Under the pieces are notes generated by a model, which saw nothing but the letters and a program-made list of their open reading frames with translations, made no database searches and was not told the DNA's origin. Shown one piece after another: positions 28,425-41,600 of a stretch of 64,000 bases of DNA (its first letter is position 1; each line of letters begins with the position of its first letter). The stretch is from the human T2T-CHM13v2.0 reference genome, Homo sapiens, in NCBI RefSeq assembly GCF_009914755.1, contig NC_060940.1. One strand, given 5' to 3'. The position numbers and the translations under genes are program-made.

Positions 28425-31400
28425 TCATTTCCATTCAATGATTCCATTCGAGTCCATTTGATCATTCCGGTAGGGTCCATTCGATGTTGATTCCATTGGA
28501 GTGCATTCGATGATTCCATTCGAGTCTATTTTATGATTTGATTCGAGTCCTTTCGATGATTCCATTCGATTCCACTCGATGATGATTTCATTCGAGTCCA
28601 TTCGACACTTCCAATCGATTCCATTTGATGTTTCCATTCGAGTCCAATTGATGATTCCATTCAATTCCATTCGATGATGATTCCGTACGATTCCATTCTG
28701 TGATGATTCCATGTGATTGCATTCAATGATGATTCCTTTAGATTGCATTCGATTGTGATTCATTTCGTCTTCATTCTATGGTTCCACAGGTTTCCATTCA
28801 TGTCCATTCCATTATTCCATTCTATTCCATTTGATGATGATTCCATTCGATTCCATTCATTGGTGATTCCACTCAATTCCATTCAATGATTCCATTCCAT
28901 TTCTTTCAACAATGATTCCATTAGTTTCTAATCGATGATCCACTTGATTCCATTTGACGACGATTCCATTCTTGTCCATTCGATGATTCCATTTGATTCC
29001 ATATGATGATGATTCCATTCGATTCCATACCATGATGATTCCATTCGAGTCCATTCAATGGTGATTCCATTCAATTCCATTCGATGATTCCTTTCGATTC
29101 CATTCGATGATGATGGCATTCGATTCCTTTCAATCATTCCCTTTGATTCCATTCAAAGGTGATTTCATTCAAGTCCATTCGATAATTGCATTCGATTCCA
29201 TTCTATGATGATTCCATTCGAGTCCATTTGATGATTCCATTCAATTCAAGTCAATGATGATTCCATTCGATTCCATTCGATGATTCCATTGGATTCCATT
29301 CGATGATGATTCCATTCAAATCCATTCGATAATTCAATTCAAGTCCATTCGATGATGATTAAAATCGAATCCATTCAAAGATTCCATTCAGTTCCATTCG
29401 ATGATTCCCTTAGATTCTATTCGATGATTCCACTTGATTCCATTTACGATGATTCCATTCGATTCCATGTGATGATTCCATTCAATTCTATTCAATGCTG
29501 TTTCCATTTGATTCCATTCGACCATGATTGCCTTTGATTCCATTCAATGACTCCATTCGGTTCCCTTTGATGATGATTCCGTTCGATTCCATTTCATTAT
29601 TCCATTTGATTCCATTGGATGAGTCCATTCGATTACATTCGATGATTATTCCATTCGAGTGCATTAGATGATTCCATTCGAGTCCATTCGATGATTCCAT
29701 TCGATGTTGATTCTGTTCAAATCCATTCGATGATTCCACTCGATTCCATTCGATGACTCCAGTTGATCCCATTCGATGATTTCCTTTGATTCCCTTTGAT
29801 GATCATTCCATTTGATTCAATTCGGTGATTTCATTTGATTCCATTCAGTGATGTTTCCATTCGACTCCATTCGATGATGATTCCATTCGACTCCATTCGA
29901 TTATGATTTCATTCAATTCCATTCGATAATGATTCCCTTCGAGTCCATTCGATGATTCCATTCGATTCCATTCAACGATGATTTGATTCGTGTCCATTCG
30001 ATGATTCCATTTGATTCCACTTGATGATGATTCCATTCGAGTCCATTTGATGATTCCATTCAATTCCATTCTCCGATGATTTCTTTTGAGCCCATTCAAT
30101 GCTTCCACTCGATTCCATATGATGATGACTCCATTCGATGAAATTCGATGATGATTCCATTCGCTTGCATTCGATGATGATTCCACTTGAGTCCATTAGA
30201 AGATTCTATTCAATTACATTCCATGACGATTCCGTTCGAGTCCATTTGATGATTCCATTAGACTCCATTCGACGATGATTCCATTCGATGTTATTCGATG
30301 ATTCCATTCGATCTCATTCGATGATGATTCCATTCAACTCCATTCGATGTTTCCATTCGAGTTCATTCTATTATTCCATTAGATTCCATTCGATGATGAT
30401 TCCATTCGATTCCATTTGATGATTGCATTCTATTTCATTTGATGATGATTCCATTCGAGTCCACTCGATGATTCCATTCGAGTCCATTTAATGAATCCAT
30501 TGGTTTCAATTCTATGATGATTACATTGGATTACATTCGTTGATGATTTCATTCGGATCCATTCAATGATGATTCCATTCAATTCCTTTCAATGTTTCCA
30601 TTCAATTCCATACGATGATGATTCCATTTGATTTGATTCGACAGTGAGCCATTCGATTCAATTCCATGATGATTCTATTTGATTCAATTGGTTGACATTT
30701 ACATTCGATTCCATTCGATGATGATTCCCTTTGATTCCGTTCAAAGATGATTCCATTCTAGCCCATTCAATCATTCCATTCGATTCTATTCAATGATGAT
30801 TCCATTCATGTCGATTTGGTGATTCCATTTGACTTCATTTGATGATGATTCCTTTCAAGTTCATTAGATGATTCCATTCGATTCCATTTGATGATGATCC
30901 CATTCGAGTCCATTCAGTGATTCCACTCGTTTCCATTCCATGATGATTCCATTCCATTCCATTCAATGATTCCATTCGATTCCGTTTGATGATGATTTCA
31001 TTCGAGTCCATTTGATGATTCCATTTGATTCCATTCGATGATGATTCCATTCGAGTCCATTCGATGATTCTATTCGAATCCATTTGATGATTTCTTTTGA
31101 TTATAGTTGGTGATGATTCCATTGGAGTCCATTCAATGATTCCATTTGATTCCAATCGATGGTGATTCCATTAGAGTCCATTTAATGATTCCATTTGATT
31201 CCAGTCTCTGATGATTACATTCGAGTCCATACGATGATTCCACTGAATTCCATATGATGATGATTCCATTCGATTCCATTCGATGATTCCATTCTATTCT
31301 ATTCAATGGTGATTCCATTCGAGTACATTAGATGATTCCATTCGATTCCATTCAATGATGATTCTATTTGTGTCCCTTAGATGATTCCACATGATTCCAT

Positions 31401-34400
31401 TAGATGATGATACTATTTGAGCCCATCCAATGATTCCCTTCGATTCCATTCGATGAGGATTCCATTCGATTCAATTCATTGGTGATTCTATTCAATTCAA
31501 TTCTTTGATTCCATTCCATTCCATTCGACAATGATTCCATTCGATTTCTTTCGATGATTCCACTCGATTCCACTTGACATTGATTCCATTCGATTCCATT
31601 CAATGATTCCATTTGATTCCAGTGGATGATGATTGCCATCGATTCCATTCGATCACTCCATTCTATTCCATTTGATGATGATTACATTCGATTCCATTTG
31701 ACGACTCCATCTGATTCTATTCGAGGATTCCATTTGATTCCATTCGATGATGATTCCATTCGAGTCCATTCGATGATTTCATTCGAGTACATCCAATGAT
31801 TCCATTCGAGTCCATTTGATGATTCCATTTGATTCCATTTGATAATGATTCTACTAGAGTCCATTCAATGACTCCATTCGTGTCCATTCAACAATTCCAT
31901 TCGACTCCATTTGATGATTCCATTCGATTCCATTTGATGGTTCCATTCGAGTCCATTTAATCATTACAGTCGAGTCCATTTGGTGATTCCACCGGATTTC
32001 TTTTGATAATGATACCATACAATTAAATTTGATGATGATCCCATTCAATTTCATTTGATGATGATTCCATTAGAGTCCATTCGATGATTTCATTCGAGTC
32101 CCTTCACTGATTCCATCCGATTTCATTGGATGATGACTCCATTCGAGTCCATTCGATGATTCCACTCGATTCCATTAGATGATTCCATTGGAGTCCATTT
32201 GATTGTTCCATTCGATTCCATTCGATTCCTTTCGAAGATTATTCCATTTGAGTCCATTCGATGATGATTCCATTCCATTCCATTCGATGATTCCGTTTGA
32301 TTCCATTCAATGATTCCCTTCGATTCCTCTCTTTGATGATTCCATTCCATTCCATTCAATGATTCCATTCGAATCTATTCCATGATGATTCCTTTCGATT
32401 CCATTCGCTGATGTTTCCGTTCAATTCCATTCGATGATGATTCCATTCGATTCCATTCATTGAGGATTCCATTTGATTCCATTAAATGATGATTCCGTTC
32501 TATTCCATTCAATGATTGCATTCAATTCCATTCAATGATTATCCCCTTAGAGTAAACTCAACGATTCCATTCAATACCATTCGATGATGATTCCTTTTGA
32601 GTCCATTCAATGATTTCATTCAAGTCCATTTGATGATTCCTTTCAATTCCATTCTATGATGATTCCATTCGAGTCCATTTGATGATTCCATTTGATTGCA
32701 TTCGATTATTCCATTACATTCCAGTCAACGATGATTCCATTCGAGTCCATTCGATGATTCCATTAGAGTACATTTAATGATTGATTTGTTTTCAATTCGA
32801 AGATGATTACATTGGATTCCATTCTATGATACCATTCGATTCCATTCAATGATGATTCCACTCAAATCCATTGGATGATTCCATTCGTGTCCATTCGGTG
32901 ATTTCATTAGATTCCATTCGAGGATGATTCCATTCGATTCCATTCGATGATTCCATTCAATTCCATTCGATGATGATTCCATTCCAGTCCATATGATCAT
33001 TCCATTTGATTTCATTCGATGATGATTCCATTCGATTCCATTCGATGATTCCATTCTATTCCATTCGATGATGATTCCATTCGAGTCCATTCGATGATTG
33101 CATTCGAGTCCATTTAATGATTCCATTGGGTTCAATTCAATGATGATTACATTGGATTCCGTTCTATGATTCCATTCAATTCCGTTCATTGACAATTTGA
33201 TTCCATTCGATGATGATTCCATTTGAGTTCATTCGATGATTCTATTCGATTCTCTTCGATGGTGATTCAATTCTATTATATTGGATGATTCCATTCGATT
33301 CCATTTGATGTTGATTCAATTCGATTCTATTCGATGATGATTCCATTGGATTTCACTTGATGATTCTATTCGATTCCATTCAATGATGATTCACTTCTCG
33401 TCCATTGGATGATTCCATTTCATTCCATTCGATGATGATTCCATTCGATTCCATTCGATGATTCCATTTGATTCCATGCGACGGTGAGCAATTCGATTCA
33501 ATTCCATGATGATTCTATTTGATTCAATTAGATGATGTTTCCATTCGAATCCATTCCATGATTATTCCATTGGAATCCATTCGGCGATGATTAAATATGA
33601 GTCAATTCAATGATGATTCCATATGGGTACGTTCGATGATAATTCCATTTGATTTCATTCGATGCTTCTATTCAATTCCAGTTGATGATGATTCCGTTGG
33701 AGTCCATACGATGATTCCATTTGATTTCATTTGATGATGATTCCATTCGATGATGATTACATTGGATTCCATTCTATGATTCCATTCAATTCCATTCGTT
33801 GATGATTCGATTCCATTAAATGATGATTCCATTTGAGTTCATTCGATGATTCTATTCGATTCCGTTCGATGGTGATTCAATTCTCTTATATTGGATGATT
33901 CCACTCGATTCCATTTGATGATTATTCCATTGGAGTCCACTTAGTGAATCCTTTAGATTCTACTCGAAGATGATTCCATTCGAGTCCATTCAATGATACC
34001 ATTCAATTTCATTCGTTGATGCTTCCATTCAAGTGCATTCGATGATATCATTCGATTCCATTTGGTGATAATTCCATTTGATTCCATGCGATGATTCTAT
34101 TCGATTCCATTCAATGATAATTCCATTCAATTCAGTGATTCCTCTGGACTCCATTTGATGATGATTCCATTCAATGATTCCATTCGATTCTATTCCAAAA
34201 TGATTCCATTTGAATCCATTTGATGATGATTCCATTAGATTCCATTTGATGATTCCATTCGATTCCATTTGACGATGATTCCATTCGATTCCATTTGATG
34301 ATTCCATTCTATTCTATTCGATGATGATTCCATTCGATTCCATTTGATGATGATTGGATTCGATTCCATTTGATGATTTCATTTGATTCCATTCGTTAAT

Positions 34401-34526
34401 GATTTCGATCAACTCCATTCGATGATTCCATTTGATTCCATTCGATAATGATTACATCCGAGTCCTTTCGATGATTCCATTTGAGCCTGTTCGATAATTC
34501 CATTTGAGTCCAATCAATGATTCCAT
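28425..34526 (+). repeat. Unit 6 (6102 bp = 6112 - 10)
   Basis: One ttccattcga decamer missing at ~29695-29705 relative to 1335-1355. Confidence 0.92.
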
Positions 34527-37500
34527 TCATTTCCATTCAATGATTCCATTCGAGTCCATTTGATCATTCTGGTAGGGTCCGTTCGATGTTGATTCCATTG
34601 GAGTGCATTCGATGATTCCATTCGAGTCCATTTTATGATTTGATTCGAGTCCTTTCGATGATTCCATTCGATTCCACTCGATGATGATTTCATTCGAGTC
34701 CATTCGACACTTCCAATCGATTCCATTTGATGTTTCCATTCGAGTCCAATTGATGATTCCATTCAATTCCATTCGATGATGATTCCGTACGATTCCATTC
34801 TGTGATGATTCCATGTGATTGCATTCAATGATGATTCCTTTCGATTGCATTCGATTATGATTCATTTCGTGTTCATTCTATGGTTCCACAGGTTTCCATT
34901 CGATGACGTTTCCGTTCGTGTCCATTCCATTATTCCATTCTATTTCATTTGATGATGATTCCATTCGATTCCATTCATTGGTGATTCCACTCAATTCCAT
35001 TCAATGATTCCATTCCATTTCTTTCAACAATGATTCCATTAGTTTCTATTCGATGATCCACTTGATTCCATTTGGCGATGATTCCATTCGTGTCCATTCG
35101 ATGATTCCATTTGATTCCATATGATGATGATCCCATTCGATTCCATACCATGATGATTCCATTCGAGTCCATTCAATGGTGATTCCATTCAATTCCATTC
35201 GATGATTCCTTCCGATTCCATTCGATGATGATGGCATTCGATTCCTTTCAATCATTCCCTTTGATTCCATTCAAAGGTGATTTCATTCAAGTCCATTCGA
35301 TAATTTCATTTGATTCCATTCTATGATGATTCCATTCGAGTCCATTTGATGATTCCATTCAATTCAAGTCAATGATGATTCCATTCGATTCCACTCGATG
35401 ATTCCATTGGATTCCATTCGATGATGATTCCATTCAAATCCATTCGATAATTCAATTAAAGTCCATTCGATGATGATTCTAATCGAATCCATTCAAAGAT
35501 TCCATTCAATTCCATTCGATGATGATTCCCTTAGATTCCATTCGATGATTCCACTTGATTCCATTTACGATGATTCCATTCGATTCCATGTGATGAATCC
35601 ATTCAATTCTATTCAATGATGTTTCCATTTGATTCCATTGGACCATGATTGCCTTTGATTCCATTCAATGATTCCATTCGGTTCCATTTGATGATGATTC
35701 CGTTCGATTCCATTTCATTATTCCATTTGATTCCATTGGATGAGTCCATTCGATTACATTCGATGATTATTCCATTCGAGTGCATTAGATGATTGCATTC
35801 GAGTCCATTCGATGATTCCATTCGATTCCATTCGATGTTGATTCTGTTCAAATCCATTCGATGATTCCACTCGATTCCATTAGATGACTCCATTTGATCA
35901 CATTCGATGATTTCCTGTGATTCCCTTTGATGATCATTCTATTTGATTCAATTCGGTGATTTCATTTCATTGCATTCAGTGATGTTTCCATTCGACTGTA
36001 TTCGATGATGATTCCATTCGACTCCATTCGATTATGATTTCATTCAATTCCATTCAATAATGATTCCCTTCGAGTCCATTCGATGATTCCATTCGATTCC
36101 ATTCAACGATGATTTGATTCGTTTCCATTCGATGATTCCATTTGATTCCACTTGATGATGATTCCATTCGAGTCTATTTATGTATTATATTCGTGTCCAC
36201 TTCATGATTCCATTCAATTCCATTTAATGTTGATTCCATTTGATTCCATTTGATGATTCAGTTCGATTCCTTGCAATGATTCCCTACGATTCCTTTCTCT
36301 GATGATTCCATTCGATTCCATTCATTGATGATTTCATTCGACTCCATTCGATGATGATTCCTTTCGATTCCATTTGACGATGTTTCCATTCGAGTCCATT
36401 CGATGATGATTCTATTCAATTCTGTTCTATTATGATTCCATTCGATTTCATTCAATGCTTCTATTTGATTCCATTCGATGATGATTCCATCTCTTTCCCT
36501 TCGATGATTCCATTTGATTCCATTCAGTGATGATTCCATTTGATTCCATCTGATGATGATTTCACTTTATTCCTTTCAATGATGATTCAATTCAAGTCCA
36601 TTCGATGATTCCATTGGAGTCCAAACGATCATTCCGTTCGATTCCATTCAATGGTGATTCCATTCATGTCCATTCGATGAATCCATTCAATTCCATTCGA
36701 TGATGACTCCATTCGAGTACATTCGATGATTCCATTTGATTCCATTTGAAGATGATTCCATTCAATTCCATTCGAAGACGATTCCATTCAATTCCATTCG
36801 ATGATGATTCCGTATGAATCCATTCTCTGATTATTCCATTCGATTCCATTCATTGACGATTCCATTCAATTCCATTCAATGATGATTCTCTTCTATTCCA
36901 TTCGATGATTCCGGTCGATTCCATTCGATGATGATTCCATTAGATTCCATTCGATTGTTGCATTCGATTCCCTTCGATGATGATTCCTTTGAATTCCATT
37001 CGATTATCATTCCGTATGAATCCATTTGATGATTATTCCATTGGATTCCTTTCGATGATGATTCCATTCGATTCCATTTGATGATGTTTCTCTTGTATTC
37101 CATTGGATAATTCCTTTCAGTTCCCTTCGATGATTATTCTTTCGAGTCAATTCGATGATTCTATTCCATTCCCTTCGATGATGATTCCATTTCACTCCAT
37201 TTGATGATTCCATTCGACTCAATTTGGTGATGATTCAATTCGATGACATTCGATGACTCCATTCAATTTCATTTGATGATGATTGCATTCGAGTCCATTT
37301 GATGATTGTATTCCTTTCCTTTTGATGATTATTCCATTCGTGTCTATTCAAAGATTCCATTCTATTCCATTCAATGATGATTGCATTTGATTCCATTCAA
37401 TGATTATGGCTATCGATTCCACTCGTTGATTCCATTTGATTCCGTTCGAGGATTATTCCGTTAGATTCCATTAGAAGATTCCATTCGATTTTATTGAATG

Positions 37501-38620
37501 ATTCCAATGGATTCCATTCAATGATGATTCCATTCGACTCCATTCAGTGATTCCATTCGAGTCCATTTGATGATTCCATTTTTTTCCATTTGATGATGAT
37601 TCCATTAGGGTCCATTCAATGATTCCATTCGAGTCCATTCGTTAACGCCTTTCGAGTCCTTTTGATCACTACATTCGAGTCCATTCAATGATTCTATTCG
37701 ATTCCATTCGATGATGATTCCATTCGAGTTCATTCGATGATTGCATTCGAGTCCATTTGATGATTCCAAATGATTCCATTCGACAATGATTCCATTCGTG
37801 TCCATTTGATGATTCCATTCATTTCCTATCGATGAAGATTCCGTTCAAGTGTATTCGATGATTCCATTCAAATCCATTCGATGATGATTCCATTCCAGTC
37901 CATTCGATCATTCCACTTGATTCCATTTGATGACTATTCCATTCAAATCCATTTGATGATTCCATTCGATTCCATTCGATGTTACCATTCGAGTATATAC
38001 GATGATTCCACTCGATTCCATTTGATGATTATTCCATTGGAGTCCACTTAGTGAATCCTTTAGATTCTACTCGAAGATGATTCCATTCGAGTCCATTCGA
38101 TGATACCATTCAATTCCATTCGTTGATGCTTCCATTCAAGTGCATTCGATGATATCATTCGATTCCATTTGATGATAATTCCATTTGATTCCATGCGATG
38201 ATTCTATTCGATTCCATTCAATGATAATTCCATTCAATTCAGTGATTCCTCTGGACTCCATTTGATGATGATTCCATTCAATGATTCCATTCGATTCTAT
38301 TCGAAAATGATTCCATTTGAATCCATTTGATGATGATTCCATTGGATTCCATTTGATGATTCCATTCGATTCCATTCGATGATGATTCCATTCGATTCCA
38401 TTTGATGATTCCATTCTATTGCATTCGATGATGATTCCATTCGATTCCATTCGATGATGATTGGATTCGATTCCATTTGATTCCATTCGATAATGATTTC
38501 GATCAATTCCATTCGATGATTCCATTCGATTCCATTCGATAATGATTACATCCGAGTCCATTCGATGATTCCATTTGAGCCCGTTCGATAATTCCATTTG
38601 AGTCCAATCAATGATTCCAT
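34527..38620 (+). repeat. Unit 7: second short variant unit (4094 bp)
   Basis: Same organisation as unit 4. Differs from it by -23 (~36160), +11 (~37834) and -13 (~38480) = -25. Confidence 0.9.
36170..38001 (+). repeat. Alternative HSat2 segment, copy 2
   Basis: Same private k-mers as 20070-21890 at an offset of 16100 (ORF marks 36258, 36664, 36876). Confidence 0.88.
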
Positions 38621-41600
38621 TCATTTCCATTCAATGATTCCATTCGAGTCCATTTGATCATTCCGGTAGGGTCCGTTCGATGTTGATTCCATTGGTGTGC
38701 ATTCGATGATTCCATTCGAGTCCATTTTAGGATTTGATTCGAGTCCTTTCGATGATTCCATTCGATTCCACTCGATGATTTCATTCGAGTCCATTCGACA
38801 CTTCCAATCGATTCCATTTGATGTTTCCATTCGATTCCAATTGATGATTCCATTCAATTCCATTCGATGATGATTCCGTACGATTCCATTCTGTGATGAT
38901 TCCATGTGATTGCATTCAATGATGATTCCTTTCGATTGCATTCGATTATGATTCATTTCGTGTTCATTCTATGGTTCCACAGGTTTCCATTCGATGATGT
39001 TTCCATTCGTGTCCATTCCATTATTCCATTCTATTCCATTTGAAGATGATTCCATTCGATTCCATTCATTGGTGATTCCACTCAATTCCATTCAATGATT
39101 CCATTCCATTTCTTTCAACAATGATTCCATTAGTTTCTATTCGATGATCCACTTGATTCCATTTGACGATGATTCCATTCGTGTCCATTCGATGATTCCA
39201 TTTGATTCCATATGATGATGATTCCATTCGATTCCATACGATGATGATTCCATTCGAGTCCATTCAATGGTGATTCCATTCAATTCCATTCGATGATTCC
39301 TTTTGATTCCATTCAATGATGATGGCATTCGATTCCTTTCGATCATTCCCTTTGATTCCATTCAAAGGTGATTTCATTCAAGTCCATTCGATAATTGCAT
39401 TCGATTCCATTCTATGATGATTCCATTCGAGTCCATTTGATGATTCCATTCAATTCAAGTCAATGATGATTCCATTCGATTCCACTCGATGATTCCATTG
39501 GATTCCATTCGATGATGATTCCATTCAAATCCATTCGATAATTCAATTCAAGTCCATTCGATGATGATTCCAATCGAATCCATTCAAAGATTCCACTCAA
39601 TTCCATTCGATGATGATTCCCTTAGATTCCATTCGATGATTCCACTTGATTCCATTTACGATGATTCCATTCGATTCCATGTGATGATTCCATTCAATTC
39701 TATTCAATGATGTTTCCACTTGATTCCATTCGAACATGATTGCCTTTGATTCCATTCAATGATTCCATACGGTTCCATTTGATGATGATTCCATTCGAGT
39801 GCATTAGATGATTCCATTCGAGTCCATTCGATGATTCCATTCGATTCCATTCGATGTTGATTCTGTTCAAATCCATTCGATGATTCCACTCGATTCCATT
39901 CGATGACTCCATTTGATCCCATTCGATGATTTCCTTTGATTCCCTTTGATGATCATTCCATTTGATTCAATTCGGTGATTTCATTTGATTCCATTCAGTG
40001 ATGTTTCCATTCAACTCCTTTCGATGATGATTCCATTCGACTCCATTCGATTATGATTTCATTCAATTCCATTGGATAATGATTCCCTTCAAGTCCATTC
40101 GATGATTCCATTCGATTCCATTCAACGATGATTTGATTCGTGTCCATTCGATGATTCCATTTGATTCCATTTGATGATGATTCCATTCGAGTCCCTTTGA
40201 TGATTCCATTCAATTCCATTCTCCGATGAATTCTTTTGAGCCCATTCAATGCTTCCACTCGATTCCATATGATGATGACTCCATTTGATGAAATTCCATG
40301 ATGATTCCATTCGCTTGCATTCGATGATGATTCCACTTGAGTCCGTTAGAAGATTCTATTCAATTACATTCCATGACGATTCTGTTCGAGTCCATTTGAT
40401 GATTCCATTAGACTCCATTTGACGATGATTCCATTCGATGTTATTCGATGATGCTTCCATTCAACTCCATTCGATGTTTCCATTCGAGTTCATTCTATTA
40501 TTCCATTAGATTCCATTCGATGATGATTCCATTCGATTCCATTTGATGATTGCATTCTGTTTCATTTGATGATGATTCCATTCGAGTCCATTCGATGATT
40601 CCATTCGAGTCCATTTAATGAATCCATTGGTTTCAATTCTATGATGATTACATTGGATTCCATTCGTTGATGATTTCATTCGATTCCATTCAATGATGAT
40701 TCCATTCAATTCCATTCAATGATTCCATTCAATTCCATACGATGATGATTCCATTTGATTTGATTCGACAGTGAGCCATTCGATTCAATTCCATGATGAT
40801 TCTATTTGATTCAATTGGTTGACATTTCCATTCGATTCCATTCGATGATGATTCCATTTGATTCCATTCAAAGATGATTCCATTCTAGCCCATTCAATCA
40901 TTCCATTCGATTCTATTCAATGATGATTCCATTCATGTCGATTTGGTGATTCCATTTGACTTCATTTGATGATGATTCCTTTCAAGTTCATTAGATGATT
41001 CCATTCGATTCCATTTGATGATGATCCCATTCCAGTCCATTCAGTGATTCCACTCGTTTCCATTCCATGATGATTCCATTCCATTCCATTCAATGACTCC
41101 ATTCGATTCCGTTTGATGATGATTTCATTCGAGTCCATTTGATGATTCCATTTGATTCCATTCGATGATGATTACATTCGAGTCCATACGATGATTCCAC
41201 TCAATTCCATATGATGATGATTCCATTCGATTCCATTCGATGATTCCATTCTATTCTATTCAATGGTGATTCCATTCGAGTACATTAGATGATTCCATTC
41301 GATTCCATTCAATGATGATTCTATTTGTGTCCCTTAGATGGTTCCACATGATTCCATTTCATGATGATACTATTTGAGCCCATCCAATGATTCCCTTCGT
41401 ATCCATTCGATGAGGATTCCATTCGATTCAATTCATTGGTGATTCTATTCAATTCAATTCTTTGATTCCATTCCATTCCATTCGACAATGATTCCATTCG
41501 ATTTCTTTCGATGATTCCACTCGATTCCACTTGACATTGATTCCATTCGATTCCATTCAATGATTCCGTTTGATTCCAGTGGATGATGATTGCCATCGAT